Assembly: GCF_009914755.1 (NCBI RefSeq)
Contig: NC_060947.1
Direction: 5' to 3' (one strand)
DNA from: the human T2T-CHM13v2.0 reference genome, Homo sapiens
DNA: 64,000 nt
Both the position numbers and the translations under genes were made by a program. The notes beneath the pieces are model-generated. The model did no database searches. It saw only the letters and a list, made by a program, of their open reading frames with translations, and had not been told where the DNA came from. Shown here piece after piece: positions 18,138 through 32,470 of the stretch (positions are counted from its first letter, which is position 1; each line of letters starts with the position of its first letter).

Positions 18138-18441
18138 TCACTGTCCAATACAGTTGCCACTCACTGCATGTGGCTATTGGGTATGTGAAATGTGGCCAGT
18201 CTGCACAGATGTGCTGCAAGTGTAAAATACACACTGGATTTCAAAGACTCGGTAACAAAAAGTGTGAACTATCTCATTACAATTTTATATTGGTTACATG
18301 TTGCAATGATAATATTTTGGATATATTGGATTAAATATGCTATTAAAATTAATCTTACCTGTTTTATTTTACTTTTTAAATGTTTACTATGAAATTTGAA
18401 GTTACATGTTGCTTCCATTATATTTTTATTAGACAACTCTG
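18138..18441. mobile_element. MER33 (hAT-Charlie)
   Basis: ctgtccaatacagttgccact...aagtgtaaaatacacactggatttcaaagac; approximate TSD ctcagaac/cttagaac. Confidence 0.8.
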
Positions 18442-18587
18442 ACTTAGAACTTAGCACCTCATAAGCCCATAAAAGATGTTGGCCACTTTCATTTCCCATC
18501 CCAAGAATTTCTAGAGATTTGCTGTCAGTAAAGACTAATGATAAAAGGGAATGTGGGAAAAGAAAAGATAGATAAGGGAAAAGGAAA

Positions 18588-18790
18588 GAAATATTTATTA
18601 AGTACCCTCTATGTTGCTAGGCACATTAAATACCCTACAAAAACCTCAAGGACTGTGTATTATCATCCCCACTTGGCAGATGAGGAAATAAAAGCTCAAA
18701 ACAAATTTCCCAAGGTCAGAGCTGAGATTTGAACCCAGGTGTGCTTGACTCCACAGCCTATGCTCCTTTCAGTCCCTCATACTGTTGAAG
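18588..18790 (-). mobile_element. MIR
   Basis: cagatgaggaaa...cccaaggtca...gatttgaacccagg. Confidence 0.75.
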
Positions 18791-19049
18791 GATGGACTCT
18801 AATGGTACAGTTTTAATAACATGACAGTGAGATTTTCTGTCATATGTTGGGCTTTTTAGAATCCCTTAAATCAGCCACACAGGAGGTCACCTACACCAAC
18901 CAAGTTAAAAGCTGGTGTTAGACACAAATTTCTCTCTCTCTCTCTCTCTGTCTCTCTGGCCCTGGGTTCATGGAATTGAATTGGCTGTACACTATATTCC
19001 ATGGCACAGGGTCATCATACATCCATGGGCACCCCTCTTGCTTTGTGTT

Positions 19050-19720
19050 ATTTTCCTCCATCATCCCCCATCTCAAGACCATTCCCCATTGGCTCTCAGT
19101 TGAGCATATGTAATGGACATCCTTCCAATCTACCCACAGTGTATTTATTTAGATATATGGGTGTCCTTGAAAAATGAGTAGTATTGTGTGCTAAACTGCT
19201 TTCTTTTCTGATTTATTCCTCATTTTTTTCCTGAGAGCTAATAACTACAAGTGAATACAGCCCACTGCTTCTGGCGGCTACACCATATTCCATCATATGT
19301 AACCACCATATTTCACTTATTCATTCTCTCAGTGGTGAACACCTATATCAACTCTGACTCCTTTCTATTACTCACGATGCTGGGATGACCACTGTCATAT
19401 GTCTGCTTGGTGAAGTTTTGATGGAATAAATACTAGGAATGAAGTTTCTGGGGCATACCCTATATTCAGTGTTAGCTTCATTGGATAATGTCAACTTGCT
19501 CTCCACAATGAACACAGTTACACCCACTTGCCAAACATGAAGTTTCCATTTCTTCCCATCCTTGCCAGCACTTCACAGTACCCAACTTTGTATTTTTTCT
19601 TAATTTGAAGGGTGTCAAGTGGCAGCATATTATTCAAATTTCTATTTTTCTGCATATTGGTGAGAGGAACATTTCTTCATATTCTTATCAGCTTTCCATA
19701 GTTGAGTACAGGATTTTCTT
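19050..19720 (-). mobile_element. Old L1ME fragment
   Basis: Antisense L1 3' motifs (atattccatcatatg, catccttgccagcact). Confidence 0.6.
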
Positions 19721-20963
19721 AAGATCTGGTGCCTGGAGTTACCACCAACACAAGCATAGAACTTTACACAAAGGAGAAATGTCTCCCCCCAAGAGAGTGG
19801 AGACGGTATGGATACACGGTTTTGTTCTCCCAACTATGTTAATGCTCTGAACTGAGCAAGTACATCAATTTTCTACAGATATGACTGCTCTAGGGCTTGG
19901 AGATTTGCTTGTGCAATAAAATTTCATGGAACCAAAACCGGTATTGTGATAAATGTGTCTTTTATTACCTTTTGGGACTATTTTTAAAGTGAAATGAATG
20001 AGAATTGAGGTTGAATGGATTCAAGTTTGGCAGACCTAATGGAGCCACATCCAGTCCAGGGGAGGCAACTCAGGCTACGATGCTCAGAAAGAAAAAAGAA
20101 AATCCTTATTCTACCCAAGCAAAGCAGGGTTAAAATTGGATAAAGATGCTTTGGCATCTTATTTAGAATGCAATTTTAATTCTAGTTTATTTTAATGTGA
20201 TTTATAAGGGCAAGGGGTTTTAGATCAGAACTTTACTTTTGTCTTAGAAGTTTGATGATAGGAGAGGTTTATGTTCAAATTTGTGATATTTTAATATTTA
20301 GATAAAATGAAATGTGCAGTCTAGAAGACAGATATGCCTTGGTGTGAATTTAACAAAAAACTCTCCATATACATTTCACATCATTCTGGGGGTAAAATTG
20401 ATCCTAGAGAACAGAAGTTAGTTTTTATGTGAGGGGGTCCACACTGATAAATTTCTCATCTCTTTCCTTGAGGAGGCAGTCATGGCTAAGCGTCCGACTC
20501 TAATATGTTAATAGAAAAAAAATCAGGGAATGTTCGAAGGAGCATCCAGACCCCTCCCTAATATCCCCATGAGGCAATACTGCCAGCTGCTCTCTGCCTT
20601 TCTCACTAATCCCTGAGGATGAGGGGGAGGCAGGAGGTGGGATCCAGCTGGTAAGAGTAATTCAAGGGACTGAGTATGCTCAGCTCAGGCCCTTCTGAGC
20701 TCTTTTTCTTTCTCTTTCTCTCTTCTTCTGTCAAGAGGTAAGCCTGCCTCTGAAGAAGATGCCTGTGACTGTAGGTACACCTCTGCCTGGACGTGGTTAA
20801 TGAAGCCGGGGAAGTATTAAGAAGCCCAACAGGTCTCAGATATAAGTCGTGTGCTTTTATCTAGATTTTACTGGTAAGAAAGATGATATTTGGATCCCTA
20901 TCTGGCCAACTCCTCAGTCTCCCTCTCAATTCGTTCGGAACTTGGGAAGGAAAGAAAGACGTA

Positions 20964-23466
20964 CAGGCATACCTTGTTTTATCACACTTCCTTTATTGTG
21001 CTTTGTAAATATATGTATTTTTTTTTTTTTTACAAATTGAAGGTTTGTGGTAACCCTATGTTGAGCAAATCTATGGGTGTCATTTTTCCAACAGCATGTG
21101 CTCACCTCACATCTCAATGTCACATTTTGGTAATTCTTGCCATATTTCATTATCACGTTTTCATTATCACTATATCTATTATCTGTGATCTTTGATGTTA
21201 CTATTGAAATTGTTTTGATGCACCACAAAACTGTGCCGACATAAGACACATCGAACTTAACTGATAAATGTGTGTTCTGACTGCTCCCCTAACTGGCCGT
21301 TCTCCATCTCTCTCCCTCTCCTTGGGTCTCCCTGTTCTGAGACACAATATTGAAATGAGACCAATTAACAACCCCACAATGGCCTCGATGTGTTCAGGAG
21401 AAAGAAAGAGTCATATGTCTCTCACTTTAAACAAAAAGCTAGAAATGATTAAGCTTAGTGAGGAAGGCATGTCAAAAGCCGAGATAGGCCAAGAGCTAGG
21501 CCTCTTGCACCAGTTAGCCAAGTTGGGAATGCAAGGGAAAAGTTTCTGAAGGAAATTAAAAGTGCTACTCCAGCGAACACACAGATGATAAGAAAGCAAA
21601 ACAGCCTAATTGCTGATATGGAGAAAGTTTGAGTGGTCTGGATGGAAGATCAAACTACCCACAACATTCCCTTAAGCCAAAGTCCAATCCAGAGCAAGAC
21701 CTTAACTCTCTTCACTTCTGTGAAGGCTGAGAGAGGTGAGGAAACTGCAGAAGAAAAGTTGGAAGCTAGCAGAGGTTGGTTATTGAGGTTTAAGGAAAGA
21801 AGACATCTCCATAACATAAAAGTAGAAGGTAAAGTAGCAAGTGCTGATGGAGAAGCTGCAGTAAGTTATCCAGAAGATCCAGCTAAGATCACTGATGAAG
21901 GTGGCTACACTAAACAACAGATTTTCAATGTAGATGAAACAGCCTTATATTGAAAAAAGATTCCATCTATGACTTTCATAGCTAGAGAGAAGTCGATGCT
22001 TGTCTTCAAAGCTTTAAAGAACAGGCTGACTCTCTCTCGTTAGGGGTTAATGCAGCTGGTGACTTTAAGTTGAAGCCAGTGTTCATTTACCATTGTAAAA
22101 ATCCTAGGGCCCTTAAGAATTATGCTAAATCTACACTACTTGTGTTCTAGAAATGGAAGAACAAAACCTGAATGAAAGCTATTCTGTGTACAGCATGGTT
22201 TGCTGAATATTTAAGTCTATTATTGAGCCCTACTATTCAGAAAAAAAAATATTCCTTTAAAAATATTACTGCTCATTGACAATGCATTTGGTCAACCAAG
22301 AGCTCTGATGGAGATGTGCAAGATTAATGGGCCTGCTAACACAACATCCACTTAGCAGCCCATGAATCAAGGAGTAATTTCAACTTTCAAGTCTTATTAT
22401 TTCAGACTTGAAAGTCAAAATTACTCTTTATTATAATTCATATTAACAATTAATATTCAATAATTTAATTGATATTAATCATCATCAATTAATTATTTTA
22501 TTAATTACAAGCATAATAATTATAATTATAAATTTCATAAGGCTATAGCTGCCATAGATGGTGATTCCTCTAATGGATCTGGGCAAAGTAAGCTGAAAAC
22601 CTTCTGGAAAGGATTCACTGCTCTAGATGCCATTGAGAACATTTGTGATTCCTGGGAGGGGATCAAAATATCAACATTAATAGGAGTTTGGTAGAAGTTG
22701 ATTCCAACACTAATGGGTGACTTTAAAGGGGTTCAAGACTTCAGCGGAGGAAGTCACTGCAAATATGGTGGGAATAGCAAGAGAACTAGAATTAGAAGTG
22801 GAGCCTGAAGATGTGACTGAATTGCTACAAGCTCATGACAAAACTTCATTAGATGAGGAGATGATTCTTATCAAAGAGCAAAGAAAGTAGTTTCTTGAGA
22901 GGGAGTCTCCTGGTGAAGATGCTGTAAACATTGTGGAAATGACAATAAAAGTTTTAAAATATCACATAAACTCAGTTGATAAAGCAGTGGCAGGGTTGGA
23001 GAGTACTGACTCCAATTTTGAAAGAAGTTCCACTGTGGGTAAAATATAATCGAACAGCATTACACGCTACAGAGAAATATTTCGTGAAAGGAAGAGTCAA
23101 TCAGTGCAGCAAACAACATCGTTGTCTGATTTTAAGAAACTGCCACAGCCACCCCAACCTTCAGCAACCACCACTCTAATCAGTCAGCACCCATCAACAC
23201 TGAGACAAGATTCTCCATCAGCAGAAACATTAGGACGCGCTGGAGGTTCAGATGATCATTAGCATTTTTCAACAAAAGTATTTTTAAATTAAGGCATGTA
23301 CTTTTTTAGATATAATGCTATTGCATACTTAACAGACTACAAAATAGTGTAAACATAACTTTTATATGCACTAGGAAGCAAAAAAATGTGTGATTCGCTT
23401 TATTGCAATATTCCCTTTATTACAGTGATCTGGAACTGAACCCACAATATCTCTGGGGTATGCCTG
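20964..23466 (+). mobile_element. Full-length Tigger1 DNA transposon, decayed transposase
   Basis: TIRs caggcatacc... / ...ggtatgcctg; left TA flank; HTH and CENP-B-like peptides in ORFs 21268..21549 and 21633..21953 ([23 protein letters not shown]). Confidence 0.95.
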
Positions 23467-24272
23467 TGTTCTTTTTGGTCTTCTCAACCTCAACTCCCTA
23501 CATTTGACTTCCACTGAATTTTAGGCCCTCTTCAATAAACGGGTCTGCTTTTGTTTGGCTGACAGACTTTGTCAGTTAAAACCTACAAAAACACTTAATG
23601 ACAGTCACCAGAACTCTTGCTCAAAACTTCTTTTGGACTGACATGTAACAGATGGCCTCAAATCCATATCTGATGCTGGGAAAATCCACCAGCCAAGTCT
23701 TGGTAGTTACCTAGAGACACTCAAAGTCTCCCAAGGCAGACAAAAACAGGTGGGTACTGACTCCTGACAAGCAGAGCTGCCACAGCCAGGAGTGGAGGCT
23801 GCTGAGGAAAAGAATCTGGCTGGGGGACTCAATTGGCAGAAAACCTAATGAAACAGAGGCAGGGAGCAGTTTACAAGAAATCTGTTTGGTGGAGACAGGG
23901 TGGAAAGGCCCAAAAATCAATGTTAAAGGAACCAAGATGGTGCAGAAACAGTGTCGGGTTTTCTTCCTCCTTTTCACTGCCCAGCTCTCCCTCTGTCCTG
24001 TGTATCGCTTCTTTGTAACTAGAGAATAACACGTGGGGGTGGGAGGTTGGGTGGGGAAGCCAGTATTGTTCTTAGAGCCCAGAGATGAGAAGAAAATTAA
24101 TCAGAGGCAGGTGACTGAAGGCAGTGGGACAGAAGAGCCTTGTTCTGGACATCAAAATGGCTTCCTTTAAAAAAGAGGCATTTAAATTTCTCTAATTGCT
24201 ATTTATAGTTGATCTAGGGTAGAAAAATTATGACCATCATGGTTTCCTTCCATAATGTTAAAAACGATCATC

Positions 24273-24502
24273 TTGAACAATGAGAACACTTGGACACAGG
24301 GCGGTGAACATCACACACCCGGGCCAGTCGGGGGGTGGGGTTCTGGGGGAGGGATAGCATTAGGAGAAATACCCAATGTAAACGACGCGTTGATGGGTGC
24401 AGCAAACCAACATGGCACATGTATGCCTATGTAACAAACCTGCACGTTGTGCACATGTACCCCACAACTTAAAGTATAATAATAATTAAAAAATAAAACA
24501 AA
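24273..24502 (+). mobile_element. L1PA (about PA5-7) 3'UTR fragment
   Basis: gaacaatgagaacacttggacacaggg...acttaaagtataataataa; no TSD seen. Confidence 0.9.
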
Positions 24503-24701
24503 GAGAGCAAGGGGGCTTTAAGGTTTTACGAAAAAGAGGTAAATTGTCATTGTTTTATTTCTCAACAAACCTGGAGGAGCCAGATCTTAATCAGTCCATA
24601 TTGTATTCCAAACATAACAGCCATATTAATACAAAAGACTCCATTAGATGGCATCGTGAGAGCATTGTGCTTGAGTTTTGTTGGCTCAGGGAGGGAGGTA
24701 A

Positions 24702-25074
<373 letters not shown>

Positions 25075-25317
25075 TATTCAAGATATTTCTAAAAACAAAA
25101 GAGAATAAATTTGAAAAGTTTAAAAAAACTAAGAGAGAGAAACACACAAATTACCAAATTTTACATAAGAAAGATAAGAACTTTTCCAATTTTCATACTT
25201 TAGAAAATGAACGTGTGTTTTGAAGGCCTTCTTAAAGCATTGGTTTATACCACTGAACACTGTTTCTCTGTGCAGAAACACCTCTACTCATGCTGTCTCC
25301 TTCTGCACCATCTAGAC

Positions 25318-25524
25318 CAGGGGTGGCCAAAATGGATTCCCTGGGCCACACTGGAAGAAGAATTGTCTTGGGCCACACATAAAATACACTAACATTAATG
25401 ATAGCTGATGAGCTCAAAGAAAAAAAAAATCACAAACAAAAATCTCACAATGTTTTAAGAAAGTATATAAATTTGCGTTGGGCCATATTCAAAGTTGTCC
25501 TGGGCCGCGAGTTGAATAAGCTTG
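25318..25524. mobile_element. MER30 (hAT-Charlie)
   Basis: MER30-like body; perfect 8-bp TSD atctagac (25310-25317 / 25525-25532). Confidence 0.9.
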
Positions 25525-26221
25525 ATCTAGACATTCCACCCTTCTTCACCAGGTCAGTTTTCTCCTTTAGACTTAGGCCTGTTTTCTTGGACCTCCAGAT
25601 TGGACTGAGCCTCCTCCTCTGCTTTCCCATTAGCCTGCCATGATTTCTAGCGTGCTGACTCACCACAGTATACTCATGCTATCAGTTGATATGTCTTTCC
25701 CTTCAACTGCATCCATCCAGCCCCCTGATTTTTTCACCTTTTCCCCTCATACCTCTATAGGGTCTTGCATGCAGCTGGCCCTCAGTAAATGTTTGCTGAA
25801 CTCATCTCATTTTACTAAGCCAAAGGAATACTGAACAGCCCCCGGATCTGCAATGGATGGCCAAAAATGATTCCCTGTGATTTTTATGACAGAACATGCT
25901 GTTCCTTTAATCGTTACTATCAATGATTTAGAGCTCATTTGAGTTGAAATGTCTAAATACTTGGCTATCTTGGAGTACATATACCTGTCCACAGGAGTAG
26001 AATTCCTTTTCAAAACAGATTTATTGAGATATAATTTACATACTATAAACTTCTAATGCTTCCAGTAATCAGAATTTTATCTGAACCCGAATTTGCTCAA
26101 CACATTTGAGTGTGAGTTTGATCAAATTATTCAAAAGCTACATGATCCCAAGGATTTCTGCTTTGGTCAAAATGAAGTACTGTGTTTGCAGCTATCAACA
26201 GCATAGCTTTATATATGCTGA

Positions 26222-26562
<341 letters not shown>

Positions 26563-27799
26563 TGCTGATACCAGTTTTTAAAATACTGACATCCACTTTA
26601 TTCATATCCATAAGAGCTCAGCTTTTAATGCAACATGCAAGAGTCTCAAGACAGCTCTCTGAAGCTGTCCTGCATTTTTTTCTGTGGTTAGAAAAAATAT
26701 GTAATGTGTTCCTGGGAAAAGACATACTATATCCTAAAAGGACAAGTCTTGATGGCCATAGAAGTGATTACAATAATATGCTAAAGTGACCACTAACCTT
26801 TATTGAAGTTGACACCTTGGGTTTTTTTAATAGCTTTTATTATGCTCTTAGTCTAAATTTCCCTGCTAAGTTACAATCCTGATCACTAGGGCCAACAAAG
26901 TATGAATGGCACAGGGTGTTACTTCTGGTTTAAAAGTGCACCTATCCATTCTTCATTCACTGGAAGGAGAGGGCTTGTCGCCACGACTGGAATGTACTTC
27001 TTAGGGATTAGGTCAGCAGGGACATCTTGAATGAATAAGAACATCTGGCACCCTTTGTGCACACCAAGAATGGTATTTCTGGGGTGAGTGGGCTGCCCTG
27101 GGCAAGAGGAAGCTTTTGTCCAGCTGATTTGAGCAGATCCTGACCACTGTTTATTTGCACATTCCTAACTGCAAATGAAGTGCCAACTATGGCTGCCTAC
27201 CACAAGACAAGTTCTTTGAAGTTGCTGGGTACATTTCTTTGGTGTCTTCCTATTTACTAAACAAGACTAGCAGACCTAATTGTGCCTATTCTCAACAGTG
27301 AATCCAAGCCAAGTTTTGCACTTGTCTGTGGAATGTTGCTGATCATCTGCTCAGGCTACATGGCCTGTAGCAGGCACGTCCCGTAGAATGAACTGCTTCA
27401 TGAAACCTGAGATGAGATGGACTGCATATAGCATGCTGGGGAGGCCACTGCACCTTAACCTCATGCCCTACTATTTAAAACCTTGTGAGAGAAGGATGCA
27501 AGAATATGCATACAACAAACGTTGGCCTTAGGCAAAATCCAGAGGTAGACAAACTTGGGTTTTTCTCCATCCCCATATTTTGCATCATTTCCTTCCTCTT
27601 GCCCTGCCATAACTCCACAAGTATCTGGTTGCCTATGCAGCCTGCATCAGGATGCCTAAATAGTTACTGCACTCTTACTATCCAAGTCTTTATACAAGCC
27701 ATTACAAGACGTGATCCCTGCCCAATCTTTCTTTCCCTTGCTCCATCCACACAAGCAGAATTGATTCTCCCTATTCTGGAGTATCATGAGATTTTCACA

Positions 27800-27965
27800 T
27801 ACTGCTGTTTTCGTATTTCCTGTGTCACATTATACTTCTGCTGTTTGCCGGTTTCTCTCCCAAGCTAGACTGTGAGCATTTTTGAGGACAGTGGTTGTAT
27901 CTTATTCACATTGTATCTCCAGGGAACTGCATGATGTACACACAGCAGGTGCCTAATAGGAATTA
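27800..27965 (+). mobile_element. L2 3' end
   Basis: ctagactgtgagc...tgtatctccagg...caggtgcctaata. Confidence 0.65.
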
Positions 27966-30824
27966 AGGGGAAATGGGACATGTAAATTAAATGCCGTCCG
28001 CCCAAAAATCTCATGAGTTATGAAGACAGAATGGCTGTGTGAATCTGGGCAGAAGTTGAGATGCTTGTCGGCCAGGACAGCTGAGAAGGCTGCACCAAAG
28101 AGAGGGGACCTGGGTTGGACCTTGGTGCATAGAAGCAAGGAGATAAAGATGGGGAAATCCTCAACTCCTTTTTTTCTACAGTATTTTGCAGAATTCTTTC
28201 TCCCTAAAATGCTCTGCTTCCTCCCTTGCCCGGTGTCAAAAAGAGACCAGGAAGCTCTCTGATTCATGCGGATATTTCCTTTACTTTCTCCCCCTATCTA
28301 TCCATTAAAATACAGTTATAGAATGTCTTAAAAGGGGAATTTCACCAGAATTCATTAGGGTGATTGTGAATTTCTTAGGTGGAACTTTTTAAAGCACTTC
28401 TCATAGCATTGAATTAAACATGAACCATAAAAAAATCAATGGAAATAATCAGTGGAGAATGGAGTTGTTATCAGAAAGAAACATAAATTGCATCATCAAA
28501 AATCTTGGACTCCTAAAATGATAAAATCATATTGTTTCCAGAAACTGCCTCAAAGAAATAATGGCCATCCAATGTTTTAAAATGTCTATTTAATGTTGAA
28601 TTTAACATTGAATATTACAGTATTTTTCTTAGCTCTTTTATATTTGTATCCATTTTTCTTATACTGAAAATCTTGATTTCTATAAACATTAACAAATTTA
28701 CTAATTTGTTTTATTTCATAATACACATTAACTTGTTATGAAATTATAAAACCAACACTAACAACAAAGACTATGGAGTAAAGTTTAAAATATTTTTTGC
28801 TGTTCTTTTTGTCTTTAGAATATATCCCACTAAAATATACAGCCAGGACATCATGTTTAAAAGCCCTTCAAATAAATGTTTTCTCTGTGTGGTTATGTTG
28901 CCAATATCTTTATACCAATTTTAGATTCTTCACTTGTTTCTATTTGTTTTTGATTTTAAGACTTGTTTCTTTTTTCTTTTCTGGTTTAACTTGATATTTT
29001 AAATATGTAAGCATTTCTATCTTTCAAAAGTAAAAATTAAAAGACATACTGAGGGAAGTTTCAGGTCCATCCTTATCCCTGCTACCCTCACCCCAAAGGG
29101 AACATTTGTTAAATATCCAGTTTTTAAATCTATCACAGAGCGCTCTGATTTATAAATACAATAAATTAAAAGAGAGGTCTTTGGAAGGGAGAATTCCTTC
29201 CCAAGCAAGTGTTGTTTTTCCTTTGCTTGCTCTCTGGGACAGCTGGAGCCTGTTTACTCAAGCTCCCTATGTCAGAAACCCAGTGCCCCTCTCACACTCT
29301 CTGCCATTAGGAGAGTATCTGTTATTTTTCTTTTTTTTTAGCTAGATCCATGAACTTGCTGGAATATTTCAAAGGCAAAAAAAGTGTGCGCGTATATGTT
29401 ACCTGTTTCCATGATTTAATAGTTTTTTTTTAATGCTACTTCAAAATATTGTTCTCCTGAGCTTGAGAAGAAAAGAGCAGCCTCCTGTGGGAAGAGTCCA
29501 GCTCTCTCCACATCACACAGTGGACGGAAGCAAATGCAGGAAGGCAGGTGAGGGAGGAGCTCCTTAAATGTGCCCAATATAATCAAAGAAGTCAAATTTC
29601 CCCTGAAAATGTTCTGAGTTTACTAAGATGCAAAAATGTTTTAAGTTTACCTTCCAGTATTCTGATTGCCCAAAACCCACTGCCGTTTGCATGTGCTATA
29701 AAAGTATTCCCCTAAAAGCCACATAAAATATATTTTTAATCAAGTTAAGGTAGAAGGAATACTGACAAAATTGCATTTTGGTGATAAAGTGTTTCAAATA
29801 ACATCCAGCCCCTAAAAGTCTCTTGGATGAAAGCAAAACCTGGAAAATGTGGGCAGCTATTTCTCTCTAGTTCTGGTACAGGAAAAATCGTGTGTGTGCA
29901 CCAGTGGCTTGCACACACAGTGGCTTGCACAGTGGCCAGGAGACTCCATCAGCTCTCCAAATCACAGGGGATTATTACAGGCTTGATTATAAATTACTTG
30001 TCAACCCACAACCAACACAGGCCAATTAGTGGGCAGGTTGCTCGTTGACTAGGAAAGAATTGCCCGAGGGACATGGGGTCTTCCAATGCTTGTACAGCTA
30101 AACCGGCAAGGGAGGGGAGATATCCACAAGAAATGCCTAGAAAGCTGATAAGTATATCCACTATTCTGGAGCTCAAGCCATGCCCTGAAAAGCCACATGG
30201 AAGAAGCTAAAGCAGATAAGAAGACACCTGCCTGTGGACTTCCAAGGGGAACCACAAGCCTCTGAACCTTTGTTTACCATTATTGTCACTGCTTGAAGAA
30301 ACCTGCAAGAACAATTTGGGTCCTGCAAAAGAGTTCACATTTAAAGAAAAAAAAAAAAGATCAATCTGGCTTTTATTTCCTTACTTCCTAGTCCCTTAAA
30401 TAGTTTATTTTATTTTAACATATAATTTAGCTAATTTTATTGTTCTCTTAACTTTTTAGTAAGCTCATTTTAAGCTTATTTCACTCATTCTTAATCCCTA
30501 TATTGTCTATCTTCTTACTACTTTACCTTCATTTCTCTTATTCCAGCATCCATGTATATTTTAATGATTTCATTTACTCATTTGAAAATATTTATTGATC
30601 ATCTGTTATCTCTCAGGCATTGTTTCCGGTGCTAAGTGCACAGTGGTATGATCTGAGTGAATTACATGAGATGTTTAGCAGGCATTTTTGAAAATTAAAT
30701 TTTTTAAAGTTTGGTTATCATCCAACACATGAATATACAGACTGTCCATCAGAAGAAAGATTCTTTTGGTTACATTTGTAGGCCACATGAAAACTGCCCA
30801 AAGATTTTGTATGGAAGTGAAAAT

Positions 30825-31050
30825 AGCAACCACTTGCAGAGGGCTTACTCTGCACCTGTTCTAAGTACTTTACAAGTAATAGCCAACCTAATCCTCCCAG
30901 CAACCCTCTGAGCTGGGTCATTATAATCTTCTCCATTTTACAGATGAGAACACTGAGGCACAGCAATCTTAAGTGACTTCTTCAGAGTGAGTCAGTGGTG
31001 AGCTGGCCTTGAACCAAGGCCATCTGGCTCCAGATTGCCTTTCTCTAACC
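30825..31050 (-). mobile_element. MIR
   Basis: ccattttacagatgagaacactgaggcacag core. Confidence 0.8.
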
Positions 31051-31642
31051 CCAGTGGGGCTGAGGCCTCCTCAAGGTTTGCTTCTGACAACAGAATTTAG
31101 AGCAGCAGGAGGCAAGTAGAGGCGTGTTTTTGGAAAAAGAACTGTGTTCCAAAGAGAGCTGGCAATAATATTGCTGATTAGTTGTCTGATAAGGATGGAA
31201 TGGGGTTTGGAGAATTTCATACTTTCATGAAATAAACATGTGATTTTGACCTTCCAAAAGTGACAGGAACTATTCAAACTATCCCATTTTAACCTTTTCT
31301 CCCTGTTCAGCCTTCACTTTAGACCATGCTGTCCTGGCAGAATCTTGTTCTGTCTTGGCTTTCCAAGGGTTGAATAAATGCTCAGACACATACAACCTGG
31401 GAAACAGGCATACAGCTACCCTTGGTAGTATCAAAAAGGCAGTTTTGTTGCTCATAAAAGCGACAGTATCTTATTCAAAACCCCCCTCACCTTTTTTGTG
31501 GATGTCGGGACTGAGGTCCAGAAAAGCTAAATAAGATTTGCCAAAATTCACAGTACTAGATCATTTGACATCTTCTATAGGAGCTTAATCAAATGATTTC
31601 TCAAGATGGGTAAACTCCTGTGTCTTGGATCCCATACCCATT

Positions 31643-31807
31643 ATGCATGTTCCAAAGAGTGGTCCCCAGACCACAGTATTGGCATCACCTGGGAGCCTGT
31701 TAGAAATGTAGACTCTTAGACCCCATCTCAGATGTGCTGAATCAGAGTCTGCATTTTATCAAGACCCTCAGGTAATTCACATGAATATTAAAGTTGAAGA
31801 AGTGCTG
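31643..31807. mobile_element. MER5-family element
   Basis: catcacctgggagcctgttagaaatg...tgaatcagagtctgcatttt. Confidence 0.8.
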
Positions 31808-32237
31808 GAATTATTGCTAATTCCATTTTCTAGGTATTTTAGTTGCAGAGATGGAAGTTATTGTTGACTCTGTATTGGTTATAAATACACTAATCTCTTG
31901 AAATATATATTCTCAGCCTCACCTTGTAATTTAACCTAAAATTGTCTTCCTGATGCGAAACAATCTTCAGTTTCTTTTTATGGTAGGTCTAGACCTTTTA
32001 AGACCCAGTCATTCCTTGTTAATCAGATATTAAGGCTTCAGATGTGCAAAACTATGTTTCTTATGAGACCCACAACGAAATCACCAGTTGCTCCCTATCT
32101 TTAAAATGACTCTTACTGGTGTCCTTTCTTGAGTGCAGGTTAATAACCCTTCCCAAATCACAGCAAATCCCTTTAGCTTAGATGGCAGACATAAATCTCA
32201 GCCCAGCTCCTGTTCAAGTTACCGTAAATTAATCAAA

Positions 32238-32470
32238 ATAATAACTGCCACTTATGTGATGCTTACAATGTGTCTGGCACTATTCTGAGAGTTTAATGTA
32301 TAAAAAGTCACTTAATCTTCACAAAAAGTCCTATTTAATAGATGAGACACTGAGGTCCAGAGAAAGTAACTGGCTTGCCCAAGGCCACACAGCTATTTCA
32401 TGGTAAGGATTCTAACCCAGGCATTCTATCTCCAGAGTCCATGCAGGTAACCACTGCACCACACTGCCTC
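32238..32470 (-). mobile_element. MIR
   Basis: atagatgagacactgaggtccagagaaagtaactggcttgcccaaggccacacagct. Confidence 0.8.

Noticed and set aside
21268-23179. Possible domesticated Tigger transposase (TIGD1-like) gene
   Set aside because: Multiple stops, frameshifts and an internal insertion; a decayed Tigger1 copy
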